Assembly: GCA_003696645.1 (NCBI GenBank)
Contig: RFGN01000738.1
Location: forward strand, 1-34,628
Origin: Gammaproteobacteria bacterium
GTDB taxonomy: Bacteria; Pseudomonadota; Gammaproteobacteria; J025
Direction: 5' to 3'
DNA length: 34,628 nucleotides
Shown: piece after piece, positions 15,601-23,673 of the stretch
Position numbering within the stretch: position 1 is the first letter of the stretch
Layout: every line of letters starts with the position of its first letter
Program-made: the position numbers and the translations under genes
Notes under the pieces: generated by a model
Seen by the model: only the letters and a program-made list of their open reading frames with translations
Told to the model about the DNA's origin: nothing
Databases searched by the model: none

Positions 15601-16404
15601 ATGCTCACATTTCCAGACCAACTCAATCGCATACGCGACCGGATGAAAAGCCAGGAAGGCCTGCTGCATAAAGTGGCGGGGCATTACGCAGACGCCATCG
15701 AAGCCGGCGGACTGATCCACATGTACGCTAACGGTCATTCCTTGATGACGGTGGCCGAGACGGTGGTACGGATGGGTGCATTGACCGGCTTTCACCCCGT
15801 CATTGCGGACGGGCTGACTTCGTTTATCGACGTGGTAGGTTCCAATGGGATCCGCGTCTGCCAGCACTTCGAAAAGTACGAAAGTATCGGGGGAAAGCTA
15901 CTCGACGAAATCGACTTCGGGCCGAAGGATGTGATGGTATTCATATCAGCGACCGGCCAAACGCAGGCGGCTGTGGATATCGCAATCGAATTCAACCGCC
16001 GTTATCCCGATCTACCCCTTGTAGTCATTGCCTCTCTCGAACAATCCCGAGGCGCAACGCCCAAGCATAGCTCGGGCAAAACACTGTATCACGTGGCTAA
16101 AGAGGCGCGTCTGGGCTATCACATTGATAACGGAATGCCGACAGGTGACCTGTCAGTACACGTTAAGGGTAATACCGGCAATTATTCGATCTGCCCGTTG
16201 TCATCGATCGGCGCGTTTTGCGTAACCCATTGCCTGAACGAGCTGACCCTACGTGAACTTGATCGGCGTGGCATCCCCCCCACCGTACTTCAGAACATGC
16301 ATCTGGGGGAGACAGGCGTTAACTACGAAGCTTGGGTCCGCGATCAGCGTCGTCGTTACGCCCGATGCATGCATAACCCGGATGCGGTCAAGCCGAATCT
16401 TTAA
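15601..16404 (+). CDS. SIS-domain protein (UPF0309-like single-SIS sugar-phosphate isomerase/binding family)
   Basis: 267-aa ORF. The N-terminal helix followed by GGLIHMYANGHSLMTVAETVVRMGALTGFHPV matches the pattern I recall for UPF0309/SIS_2 proteins (GG.IH.FG.GHS...E...RAGGL....I). The nucleotide-binding-like segment VMVFISATGQT is also present. Confidence 0.65.
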   Translation: MLTFPDQLNRIRDRMKSQEGLLHKVAGHYADAIEAGGLIHMYANGHSLMTVAETVVRMGALTGFHPVIADGLTSFIDVVGSNGIRVCQHFEKYESIGGKLLDEIDFGPKDVMVFISATGQTQAAVDIAIEFNRRYPDLPLVVIASLEQSRGATPKHSSGKTLYHVAKEARLGYHIDNGMPTGDLSVHVKGNTGNYSICPLSSIGAFCVTHCLNELTLRELDRRGIPPTVLQNMHLGETGVNYEAWVRDQRRRYARCMHNPDAVKPNL

Positions 16405-16418
16405 TCATACGTATAACC

Positions 16419-17204
16419 ATGACCACGCCCACCTGCCTAATTACCGCCTCGACCGGAATCGGCGCAGAAACCGCCAAAATTCTGGCGTCGAGGGGAACCC
16501 ACGTATTTGTGATGAGTCGGACCGAGTCGAATCTGCATACACTCGCCCAGGAGATACGGAATGCTGGCGGCCAATGCGATTATGCTGTCGCGGATGTGAC
16601 ACGGGGCGATATGGTTGAAGCCGCGGTTGAGCAATGCCTGAATATAACTGGTCGAATCGACGCGCTGTTCAACGTGGCGGGGATCAGTGGCAGCAAGTAC
16701 TGCGACGGGCCCATCCATGCCTGTACGGAATCGGGGTGGGATAAGGTGATGAGTATCAACGTCAAGGGCATGTTTCTGGTCTGTCGAGCCGTGCTGAAAC
16801 AGATGCTGGAACAAGAGCCTGATTCATATGGTATACGCGGGTCTATTTTGAACATGTCCAGTGTGCTGGGGATCTCGCCGATGCCGGCACACTTTGTCAC
16901 GCATGGCTATGCCGCCAGCAAAGGAGCCATCATCTCCATGAGCCGATCAATGGCAGGGTATTACGCCCGGCACAAGATCCGTGTCAATGTCATCGCTCCG
17001 GGACTGACCGAAACTCCCATGGCGGGGCGGGCAGTACAAAACGAGACAATTTGCGACGCGATGAAAAACAAGCAACCGCTGACTGAAGGTGTAATGGACA
17101 CGTCATCGGTCGCCGAATCGGCGGCATTCCTGCTTTCTCACGAGTCACGTGCGATTACGGGAGACGTATTGATAGTGGACGGTGGCTGGTGCGTAATGGG
17201 CTGA
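16419..17204 (+). CDS. Short-chain dehydrogenase/reductase (classical SDR)
   Basis: 261-aa ORF. It has the cofactor motif LITASTGIGAETA, the NVAG motif and the catalytic YAASKGAI (YxxxK) motif. A 14-nt gap separates it from the SIS gene. Confidence 0.85.
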   Translation: MTTPTCLITASTGIGAETAKILASRGTHVFVMSRTESNLHTLAQEIRNAGGQCDYAVADVTRGDMVEAAVEQCLNITGRIDALFNVAGISGSKYCDGPIHACTESGWDKVMSINVKGMFLVCRAVLKQMLEQEPDSYGIRGSILNMSSVLGISPMPAHFVTHGYAASKGAIISMSRSMAGYYARHKIRVNVIAPGLTETPMAGRAVQNETICDAMKNKQPLTEGVMDTSSVAESAAFLLSHESRAITGDVLIVDGGWCVMG

Positions 17205-17244
17205 CTGCCTGCTGAAACATAATCCAGGAGCAAGTTGTCAAGTA

Positions 17245-18576
17245 ATGTGGAAGTCAAGTAAAGCTATTCCTGATCTCGGACAATACGATGTCATAGTCGT
17301 TGGAAGCGGATCGGCCGGAACACCCGCTGCTATAGCCGCCGCGAGAATGGGCAAAACAACCCTGCTGATCGAACGTTTACCCTTTCTTGGCGGGACAAGC
17401 ACGGCGGTGCTGGACACGTTCTACGGCTATTACATGCCCGGCAAGACTTCACGACGGATCATTGGGGGAATCGCCAACGATGTTTATGATGAGCTCCAAC
17501 GCCTAGATCGTGTTATTGAACGCCCGAATACTCATGGTGCGGGGACAGCGGTCACTTACCACCCGGAATACCTGAAGGTGGCATGGGAAAACCTGGCACG
17601 CCAGGCCGGCGTCAAAGTCATTCTTAATGGCTTTGTGCAGGATGTGATCGTTGATCAAGACCGCATAACTGGTCTGGTGCTGGCTACGATTGGGGGGTTG
17701 CGCACAGTAAAAGGCAGGGTTTTCGTGGATGCAACCGGCGACGCAAACCTGTGCCACTTTGCGGGCTTCGAGTATGAACTTGCAGGCGAACTTGAACCGG
17801 CCCAGACACTGACAACCACTTTCAAGATGGTCAATGTCGATGTGACCAAGCGAAAGACATTGAGCAAGGAAGCATTTCATTCACTCATGGCGGAGGCGGC
17901 GGATAGCGGGCGGTACCGCCTGCCACGACGCGAAGGCAGCGACCATATCACGCCTGTCGACCATATGACAGCTACCATCATGACCCGGCTGGATTCATAT
18001 CAGAAACAGGCGGACGGCAGCATTATCAATGCGTCCGATCCCTGCTATCTGTCACAGGCAGAACAGGCGGGGCGTCTTCAAGCCATCGAATACATTCGTT
18101 TCCTGCGTGATATGGTGCCGGGGTATGAACATGCCCAACTGGCTACGCTTGGGACAACCATCGGCGTCAGAGAAACACGGCGAGTCTACGGCGAATACCG
18201 ATTGACACGCGATGATGTCTTGCAGGCCAGACAATTCGATGACCAGATCGGCTTGTGCGGCGCTCCGATCGAAGATCACCACGGCGGCACCGATACCCGA
18301 TGGGTATACCTTCCTGAAGGTCAATGTGTTGGTATTCCGTACCGAACCCTGATCCCGAAAGGCTCAGAGAATCTCTTTGTTGCGGGCCGATGTTTCTCGG
18401 CAACGCATGACGCCCACGCGTCGGTTCGATCGATGGGTCAATGCATGGTCATGGGGCAAGCGGCTGGCACCGCGGCCGCGATGTGTGCTGATCAACATAT
18501 CACGCCCTTGGAAATCAATACGGATAGACTTCGCCACATCCTCCTTGATCAAGGCGCCGTCCTGGAGCTTTCCTGA
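17245..18576 (+). CDS. FAD-dependent oxidoreductase (PF12831-like)
   Basis: 443-aa ORF. It has the dinucleotide-binding motif YDVIVVGSGSAGTPAAIAAARMG..LLIER...GGT and a C-terminal GRCFSATHDAHASVRSMGQCMVMGQAAG block typical of this family. AGGAG lies upstream of the ATG. Confidence 0.75.
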   Translation: MWKSSKAIPDLGQYDVIVVGSGSAGTPAAIAAARMGKTTLLIERLPFLGGTSTAVLDTFYGYYMPGKTSRRIIGGIANDVYDELQRLDRVIERPNTHGAGTAVTYHPEYLKVAWENLARQAGVKVILNGFVQDVIVDQDRITGLVLATIGGLRTVKGRVFVDATGDANLCHFAGFEYELAGELEPAQTLTTTFKMVNVDVTKRKTLSKEAFHSLMAEAADSGRYRLPRREGSDHITPVDHMTATIMTRLDSYQKQADGSIINASDPCYLSQAEQAGRLQAIEYIRFLRDMVPGYEHAQLATLGTTIGVRETRRVYGEYRLTRDDVLQARQFDDQIGLCGAPIEDHHGGTDTRWVYLPEGQCVGIPYRTLIPKGSENLFVAGRCFSATHDAHASVRSMGQCMVMGQAAGTAAAMCADQHITPLEINTDRLRHILLDQGAVLELS

Positions 18577-19538
18577 TGGGAACTTATGCCATTGGAATCG
18601 ATATCGGCGGAACGCGGATGAAATGCGGAGCGGTATCCCCCTCGGGCAAGATACTGGCTCAACATGTCGTTCCGTCTAATGCATCCAGAGGAACACGCGG
18701 GCTGCTGAAGGGTATCGCCGAGACGGTCAACGAGTTTGAAAGACGATTGGGCAAGCCCGCCGGCATCGGCTTGGGTTTATCCGGCGTGGTGGACCCGGAG
18801 TTCGGCGTCCGATACCTGCCGGGGAAGTTCAAAGGACTGGAAGGCTTTGACATAGTCCCCCGTCTGAGAAAGAGGCTGGGTGTCCCGGTGTGGGCGGACA
18901 ACGACGGGCTTTTGGCCATGTTAGCCGAACACCGGTTCGGACAGGCGAAACAAGTGAAATGGGCAGCCACCCTGACCATCGGAACCGGTGTCGGGTCGGG
19001 GGTCATCCTTGACGGACGGATCCTACGAGAGCCTTCGTTTCTGTTTGGTACTCAGATCGGACATTGTGTGCTTCAGAACTATGGCGGCAAATATTGTCTG
19101 ACGACGGCCCGGGGTACCGCCGAAACGCTGTGCTCCTGTACCGCGCTGGCGCTTTCCGTCCGTGACGGGCTGCAACGGGGTATCCCTTCAATACTGACGG
19201 ACCTGTACTGGAAGGACGCTCACGCCATTGACTTCAAGAAGGTGATAGAAGGGGTCCGCAAGAAAGATAAGCTCTGTCTGGATGAATTCGACCGTTGGGT
19301 TCACAACCTCGGATGCCTGCTAGTCACCGTTACCCACGCATACACGCCACAGATGATTATCCTGAGTGGCGGCGGGGCCAATGCGGCCGACCTGTACCTG
19401 ACGCGGTTAAAAAAACACATTCACCATAACACGTTCCGTTATCCCCCTGACCGACGTATCCGACTGGTCACATCGCGCCTGGCAGATATGGCCGGTGTGC
19501 TGGGGGGAGCAGCTCATGTATGGAGCCGGCTGTCATGA
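18576..19538 (+). CDS. ROK-family sugar kinase with a degenerate zinc motif
   Basis: 320-aa ORF. It has the ATP-binding start YAIGIDIGGTRMKCG and the ROK signature LTIGTGVGSGVILDGRIL...GTQIGH. The canonical CxCGxxGCxE motif reads CLTTARGTAE here, so two Cys are replaced by Thr. Its start overlaps the preceding stop (TGATG). Confidence 0.75.
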   Translation: MGTYAIGIDIGGTRMKCGAVSPSGKILAQHVVPSNASRGTRGLLKGIAETVNEFERRLGKPAGIGLGLSGVVDPEFGVRYLPGKFKGLEGFDIVPRLRKRLGVPVWADNDGLLAMLAEHRFGQAKQVKWAATLTIGTGVGSGVILDGRILREPSFLFGTQIGHCVLQNYGGKYCLTTARGTAETLCSCTALALSVRDGLQRGIPSILTDLYWKDAHAIDFKKVIEGVRKKDKLCLDEFDRWVHNLGCLLVTVTHAYTPQMIILSGGGANAADLYLTRLKKHIHHNTFRYPPDRRIRLVTSRLADMAGVLGGAAHVWSRLS

Positions 19539-20491
19539 GTTTCATACGTACAGTTCTGGGGGATATTTCTCCCGACAATCTGGGGGTGTGTTATGCCCAT
19601 GAGCACATCATCATCGATCCGAGCTATACCACCCAATTATTTCCGGATTTTCTTCTTGATGACGTGCAACTCGCGATACAGGAATTAAGGCAATTCCATA
19701 CTGACGGCGGGCGAGCCATGGTGGATTCGATGCCGTGTGACAGCGGGCGAAACGTCCTCAAGCTTGCTGAAATCAGCCGAGAAACCTGCGTGCATATTCT
19801 CTGTCCGACCGGATACCACCTGAAAAAATACTATCCGACAGGTTCATGGGGCACCCGGCTTTCAGCAACCGAACTAGCAAAAGTTTTTATCGCCGATATT
19901 GAAGATGGAATAGACAGGCATGATTACGGCGGACCCATATGTGAGCGTACGCAACACAAAGCGGGGCTGATCAAGATCGCCAGTGGATTGAACCGACTGG
20001 ATGATCACGAGCTACGACTGTTCGAGGCCGCCGCCATCACCCATCTTCAGACCGGGGCCCCCATCCTGACCCATACGGAAAAAGGTACCGCGGCGCTGGA
20101 GCAGATTGATGTGCTTGGCAGACATGGTGTGAAACCTGATCGAGTCGTACTTTCGCACACCGATCGCAAGCCGGACCCGGCATACCATAAGGAGATCCTC
20201 AGCACAGGCGTTTTTGTGGAATATGACGCCCACTTCCGGTGGAAAGACTGCGATGGCAATCCCACCCTTGACTTGGTCCTTTCGATGGCCGAGGCAGGCC
20301 ATATAGACCAGATCATGCTGGGCATGGACGCTGCCCGACGATCTTATTGGAAAGCATACGGGGGATCGCCGGGGTTGAGTTACCTGCTGACTGAGTTTTC
20401 GAGCAATCTGCGGGAGGCCGGTCTTTCAGGCCATGACCTGAACCGGATTTTTATCGAAAACCCGGCACGAGCTTACCAATTTCAAGCCTGA
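19535..20491 (+). CDS. Phosphotriesterase-related (PTE/Php family) amidohydrolase, probable lactonase
   Basis: The ORF track starts at 19520. I prefer the ATG at 19535 (MSFIRT), which forms an ATGA overlap with the ROK stop. All binuclear-metal ligand contexts are present: YAHEHI (HxH), GLIKIASG (bridging Lys), PILTHTE, VVLSHTD and MLGMDAA (Asp). Confidence 0.8.
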   Translation: MSFIRTVLGDISPDNLGVCYAHEHIIIDPSYTTQLFPDFLLDDVQLAIQELRQFHTDGGRAMVDSMPCDSGRNVLKLAEISRETCVHILCPTGYHLKKYYPTGSWGTRLSATELAKVFIADIEDGIDRHDYGGPICERTQHKAGLIKIASGLNRLDDHELRLFEAAAITHLQTGAPILTHTEKGTAALEQIDVLGRHGVKPDRVVLSHTDRKPDPAYHKEILSTGVFVEYDAHFRWKDCDGNPTLDLVLSMAEAGHIDQIMLGMDAARRSYWKAYGGSPGLSYLLTEFSSNLREAGLSGHDLNRIFIENPARAYQFQA

Positions 20492-20514
20492 ATAAGACAG
20501 CAAGAGGAACCGGA

Positions 20515-21561
20515 TCATTTCACCTTGGGTAGATCGCCCGGAATCAACGTCGGGGCGATTCGGATCCGAACTGGTGGTGCATCCGGATGTTCAATGCGGT
20601 AGAGCAGAGCATTAACCGCCCGGGCGCCGATTTCTTCGGCATGGATATCAATAACCGTTGGCTTGATGTCGAGCTGCTCGAGGTATTCCGGCTCGTTATT
20701 ACAGGTTACAAACGCTACCTGTTTCATGACATCCTTGCCTTGACGTCGCCACTCGGCATTGAGTCGCGCGGTTAACGCGTCGGCGGGGGACATAAACGCG
20801 GTCGGTCGGTCTTTGGCTTCCGCAAACTGTCTAGCGAGAGATGACAGGATCCGCTCACTTTCCGGATTACCGAAACGCGCGTGCCCGTGAAAGTTATGCC
20901 CTTCGAGAGTCATCACCCGTCCCCCCCCGGCTTCAAACACCTTGATAAAAGCGTCATGACGCTGCACATAGACCGGGTGTGCGGTATCGACAATAAAAGC
21001 TGCATGACGGTGCCCGTGTTCCAAGAAAAACTCTGCAGCAAGTCGGCCGACCTCTTCAGAATCCGCATTGATGTGATCCACACCCGGTACCGGCATCCCG
21101 AACACCGGGATGGTCGGCAGCCGTTTGAAACTACGAGACATCCGATCCGCATAGGCCTGATAACCCGGAGCAATACAGCCACGCACCGATTCCGTAATCC
21201 CGTAGTCGATCTCACCGGATTCTTTGGAAATCTTGTAGAGAACGGTTCGCATCCCGCGCTTGGTAAGCTCGGATTCGACGCCGTGGACAAAATCGCTGTA
21301 AAGGGGTGTCCGCCAGAAACGTCCCCCCTCACTCTTGAACGTGATGAGCACATCCCCCATCAACCCGTTGGCGTCGGGCTTCATGGATCGACCACGGCTT
21401 TTAGACTTACGTCGTTTGGGCGTATAGTTCAGTTCTTTCATCGCGCGTTCAACCGCTGCGATGGTTTTGCTCGATGCACGCGCCTTGTTGTTGATGATCA
21501 ACGAGACGGTGGCGATCGAAACGCCAGCCCGTTCAGCAACGTCCTTGAGTTTTGCTGCCAT
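20515..21561 (-). CDS. LacI-family transcriptional regulator with an unusually basic hinge
   Basis: 348-aa ORF. It has the N-terminal HTH KLKDVAERAGVSIATVSLIINNK and a C-terminal periplasmic-binding-protein-like sugar-sensor domain. The hinge region reads PKRRKSKSRGRSMKP (nt 21376-21420). Confidence 0.85.
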   Translation of the reverse strand: MAAKLKDVAERAGVSIATVSLIINNKARASSKTIAAVERAMKELNYTPKRRKSKSRGRSMKPDANGLMGDVLITFKSEGGRFWRTPLYSDFVHGVESELTKRGMRTVLYKISKESGEIDYGITESVRGCIAPGYQAYADRMSRSFKRLPTIPVFGMPVPGVDHINADSEEVGRLAAEFFLEHGHRHAAFIVDTAHPVYVQRHDAFIKVFEAGGGRVMTLEGHNFHGHARFGNPESERILSSLARQFAEAKDRPTAFMSPADALTARLNAEWRRQGKDVMKQVAFVTCNNEPEYLEQLDIKPTVIDIHAEEIGARAVNALLYRIEHPDAPPVRIRIAPTLIPGDLPKVK

Positions 21562-21818
21562 GGATATAGGGTTCCCATAGTCTGCCTGATTGTGCCCATG
21601 CCCGGCCCCCGACCCGGTAAAATCCTGTTATTCGCCCCCGCCTCATATTGTCTCAATTTACCAACTTACAGATGGTTACACGCATTACTCCCAGTGTCGG
21701 TTGTTAAATATACCCTGTTTAACCTCCTCTGGCAACGGGGTATGTCGAACATGATTTCGAAACGAAGGCGTAGATGATGAGTCTGTTTACATACCCAGCA
21801 TACCTTGGAGGTGCCGAC

Positions 21819-22694
21819 TTATTCTTTCACGCCGCCAAGCTGGATCCCTTTGATGAAGTAACGCTGAAGGAAAGGATACAGCAACAGCATCGGGAGGATT
21901 GTGATCACCACGGTCGCGGCCTTGATCGTGTCGGGGGTGTAAGCCAGCAGGTCAGGGTTGGGTATGCCCTTCTCGATCATCTCTACACTGTCATCAATCA
22001 CAATACGCTGGAGAAAAGTCTGCATGACCTGTTTTGAGTTGCTGGTGATATAAAGCATGGCATCAAGCCACATGTTCCAATGCAGGACAGCCGTCCACAG
22101 CCCCACGGTGGCAAGCACTGGCTTGGAAAGCGGGATAAATATCTGGAACAACACCCGAAACTCGCTAGCCCCGTCGATCCGAGCCGCCTCGGCCATGCTG
22201 TTCGGGACACGCTCGAAGAAGTTCTTGACCACGATCACATTGAATCCGGTCAACATCACAGGGAGGATGTAAACCAGCCGGTTATCAATCAGCCCGATCC
22301 CTTTGATCAGCAGATAGGTCGGCACAATACCGCCCGAAAACAACATGGTAAAAATCACAAGAAACGTGAGCGCTTTACGGTGCGGCATGTGTGCCCGCGA
22401 TAATGGATACGCACACAGACAGGTCATGATCAGGGTAGCGATCGTCCCGAATACAGTCCGAAGGATGGTGTTGAAATAGCCCGTCAGGATTTCTGGATTC
22501 CCGAACACCATGCGGTAGGCGGTCAGGGTGATATCTCGTGGGTAGAGGTTCAGCCCTCCGCGAGCCGCCTCCGCAGCCGTACTCACGGACAGCACCACCA
22601 TGTAAACAAACGGGTAGATCGCCATCATCCCAATCAAGGCCAGGATCAGGTAATTGACGGCCTGAAATATTTTCTCACCGGGAGACATCCGCAT
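21819..22694 (-). CDS. Carbohydrate ABC transporter permease (LplC/YtcP-like, CUT1 family)
   Basis: 291-aa ORF with six predicted TM segments. It has the EAA-loop context AEAARIDGASEFRVLFQIFIPLSKP. Confidence 0.85.
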   Translation of the reverse strand: MRMSPGEKIFQAVNYLILALIGMMAIYPFVYMVVLSVSTAAEAARGGLNLYPRDITLTAYRMVFGNPEILTGYFNTILRTVFGTIATLIMTCLCAYPLSRAHMPHRKALTFLVIFTMLFSGGIVPTYLLIKGIGLIDNRLVYILPVMLTGFNVIVVKNFFERVPNSMAEAARIDGASEFRVLFQIFIPLSKPVLATVGLWTAVLHWNMWLDAMLYITSNSKQVMQTFLQRIVIDDSVEMIEKGIPNPDLLAYTPDTIKAATVVITILPMLLLYPFLQRYFIKGIQLGGVKE

Positions 22695-22749
22695 GGTTCA
22701 ATCTCTCTTAATCATGGCCGATCGAGGAACGGTATCCAGCCACGCCTAA

Positions 22750-23673
22750 TTACCACACCCCCTGCTCACCCCCGGAAACCCGGCGGGCCACCCAGTTGGC
22801 GGAGATAATCAGTATCAAACCCACGGTGGATTTGAACATCCCCGCCGCGGTCGACAGCCCGAAATCCATGGTCATCAGGCGACGGATGACGTAGGTATCG
22901 ATAATATCACTAACGTCATAGACACTCGGGTTGTAGAGGTTGTAGACCTGATCAAAACCCGCACTGAGAATGTAACCCACCTGAAGAATCGCCAGCACAA
23001 TAATTGTCGGGACTAAGCACGGCAGCGTGACATGCCACATCGAATGCCATTTCCCAGCCCCATCCACAGTGGCAGCTTCGTATAGGGACGGGTTGATGCC
23101 CGCAAGGGCAGCCAGGTAGATCACCGCAGCGTACCCGGCAGCGTGCCAGATCCCAGTCAGGATCAGCATCACGATGAACCATACATCGTGGCTCAAGAAA
23201 AGAATCGGCCCAATCCCGAACAGCCCCAACAGGTAATTGATCGGACCGGTACTAGTCAAGAGTATCTGTAGAATCCCGCCTAATACCACCCAGGAAAAGA
23301 AGTAAGGCAGATACGTCGCGGTCTGAACTGCTCTAGAGAACCACCGCGACCGGACTTCATTCAGCAGCAGCGCCAGAACTATGGGGGCAACAAAACCAAT
23401 CGTCATTCGTAACGAGCTGATGATCAGGGTGTTTCGAAGCGCCCGCGGGAAATCCTCACTGCTGAAAAGGCGCACGAAGTGATCCCATCCGACCCAGGGA
23501 CTTTTGAGAATGCCTAACGACAACCGGTAGTCTTTGAATGCGACAATCAGCCCCATCATGGGGATATAGTTGAAGACCAGGAGTGTCGCCGCACAGGGTA
23601 AAAACATCAGGAGCAGGTCGCGGTTGCCCCGATACTGTTTCAGCCAAGAAGTTCCTTGCCGATGGTATCTCAT
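22750..23673 (-). CDS. Carbohydrate ABC transporter permease (LplB/YteP-like, CUT1 family)
   Basis: 307-aa ORF. It has the N-terminal LLLMFLPCAATLLVFNYIPMMGLIVAFKDY typical of LplB-type permeases and the EAA loop YEAATVDGAGKWHSMWHVTLP. Its start forms an ATGA overlap with the upstream SBP stop. Confidence 0.85.
   Translation of the reverse strand: MRYHRQGTSWLKQYRGNRDLLLMFLPCAATLLVFNYIPMMGLIVAFKDYRLSLGILKSPWVGWDHFVRLFSSEDFPRALRNTLIISSLRMTIGFVAPIVLALLLNEVRSRWFSRAVQTATYLPYFFSWVVLGGILQILLTSTGPINYLLGLFGIGPILFLSHDVWFIVMLILTGIWHAAGYAAVIYLAALAGINPSLYEAATVDGAGKWHSMWHVTLPCLVPTIIVLAILQVGYILSAGFDQVYNLYNPSVYDVSDIIDTYVIRRLMTMDFGLSTAAGMFKSTVGLILIISANWVARRVSGGEQGVW

Noticed and set aside
19520-19534. The upstream ATG (MEPAV...) given by the ORF track for the PTE-like gene. 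There are analogous upstream extensions at 31955..31993 (SDR) and 15220..15240 (beta-helix).
   Set aside because: The downstream ATGs give classic ATGA stop/start coupling (19535 and 31954) or a GGAGG-preceded start (15219). They also match the usual family N-termini. The extensions remain possible but are less likely.
20881-21777. A 298-aa plus-strand ORF opposite the LacI-family gene.
   Set aside because: The LacI HTH and sensor domain on the minus strand are unambiguous. The plus-strand product has no recognisable features and runs into the AT-rich spacer.
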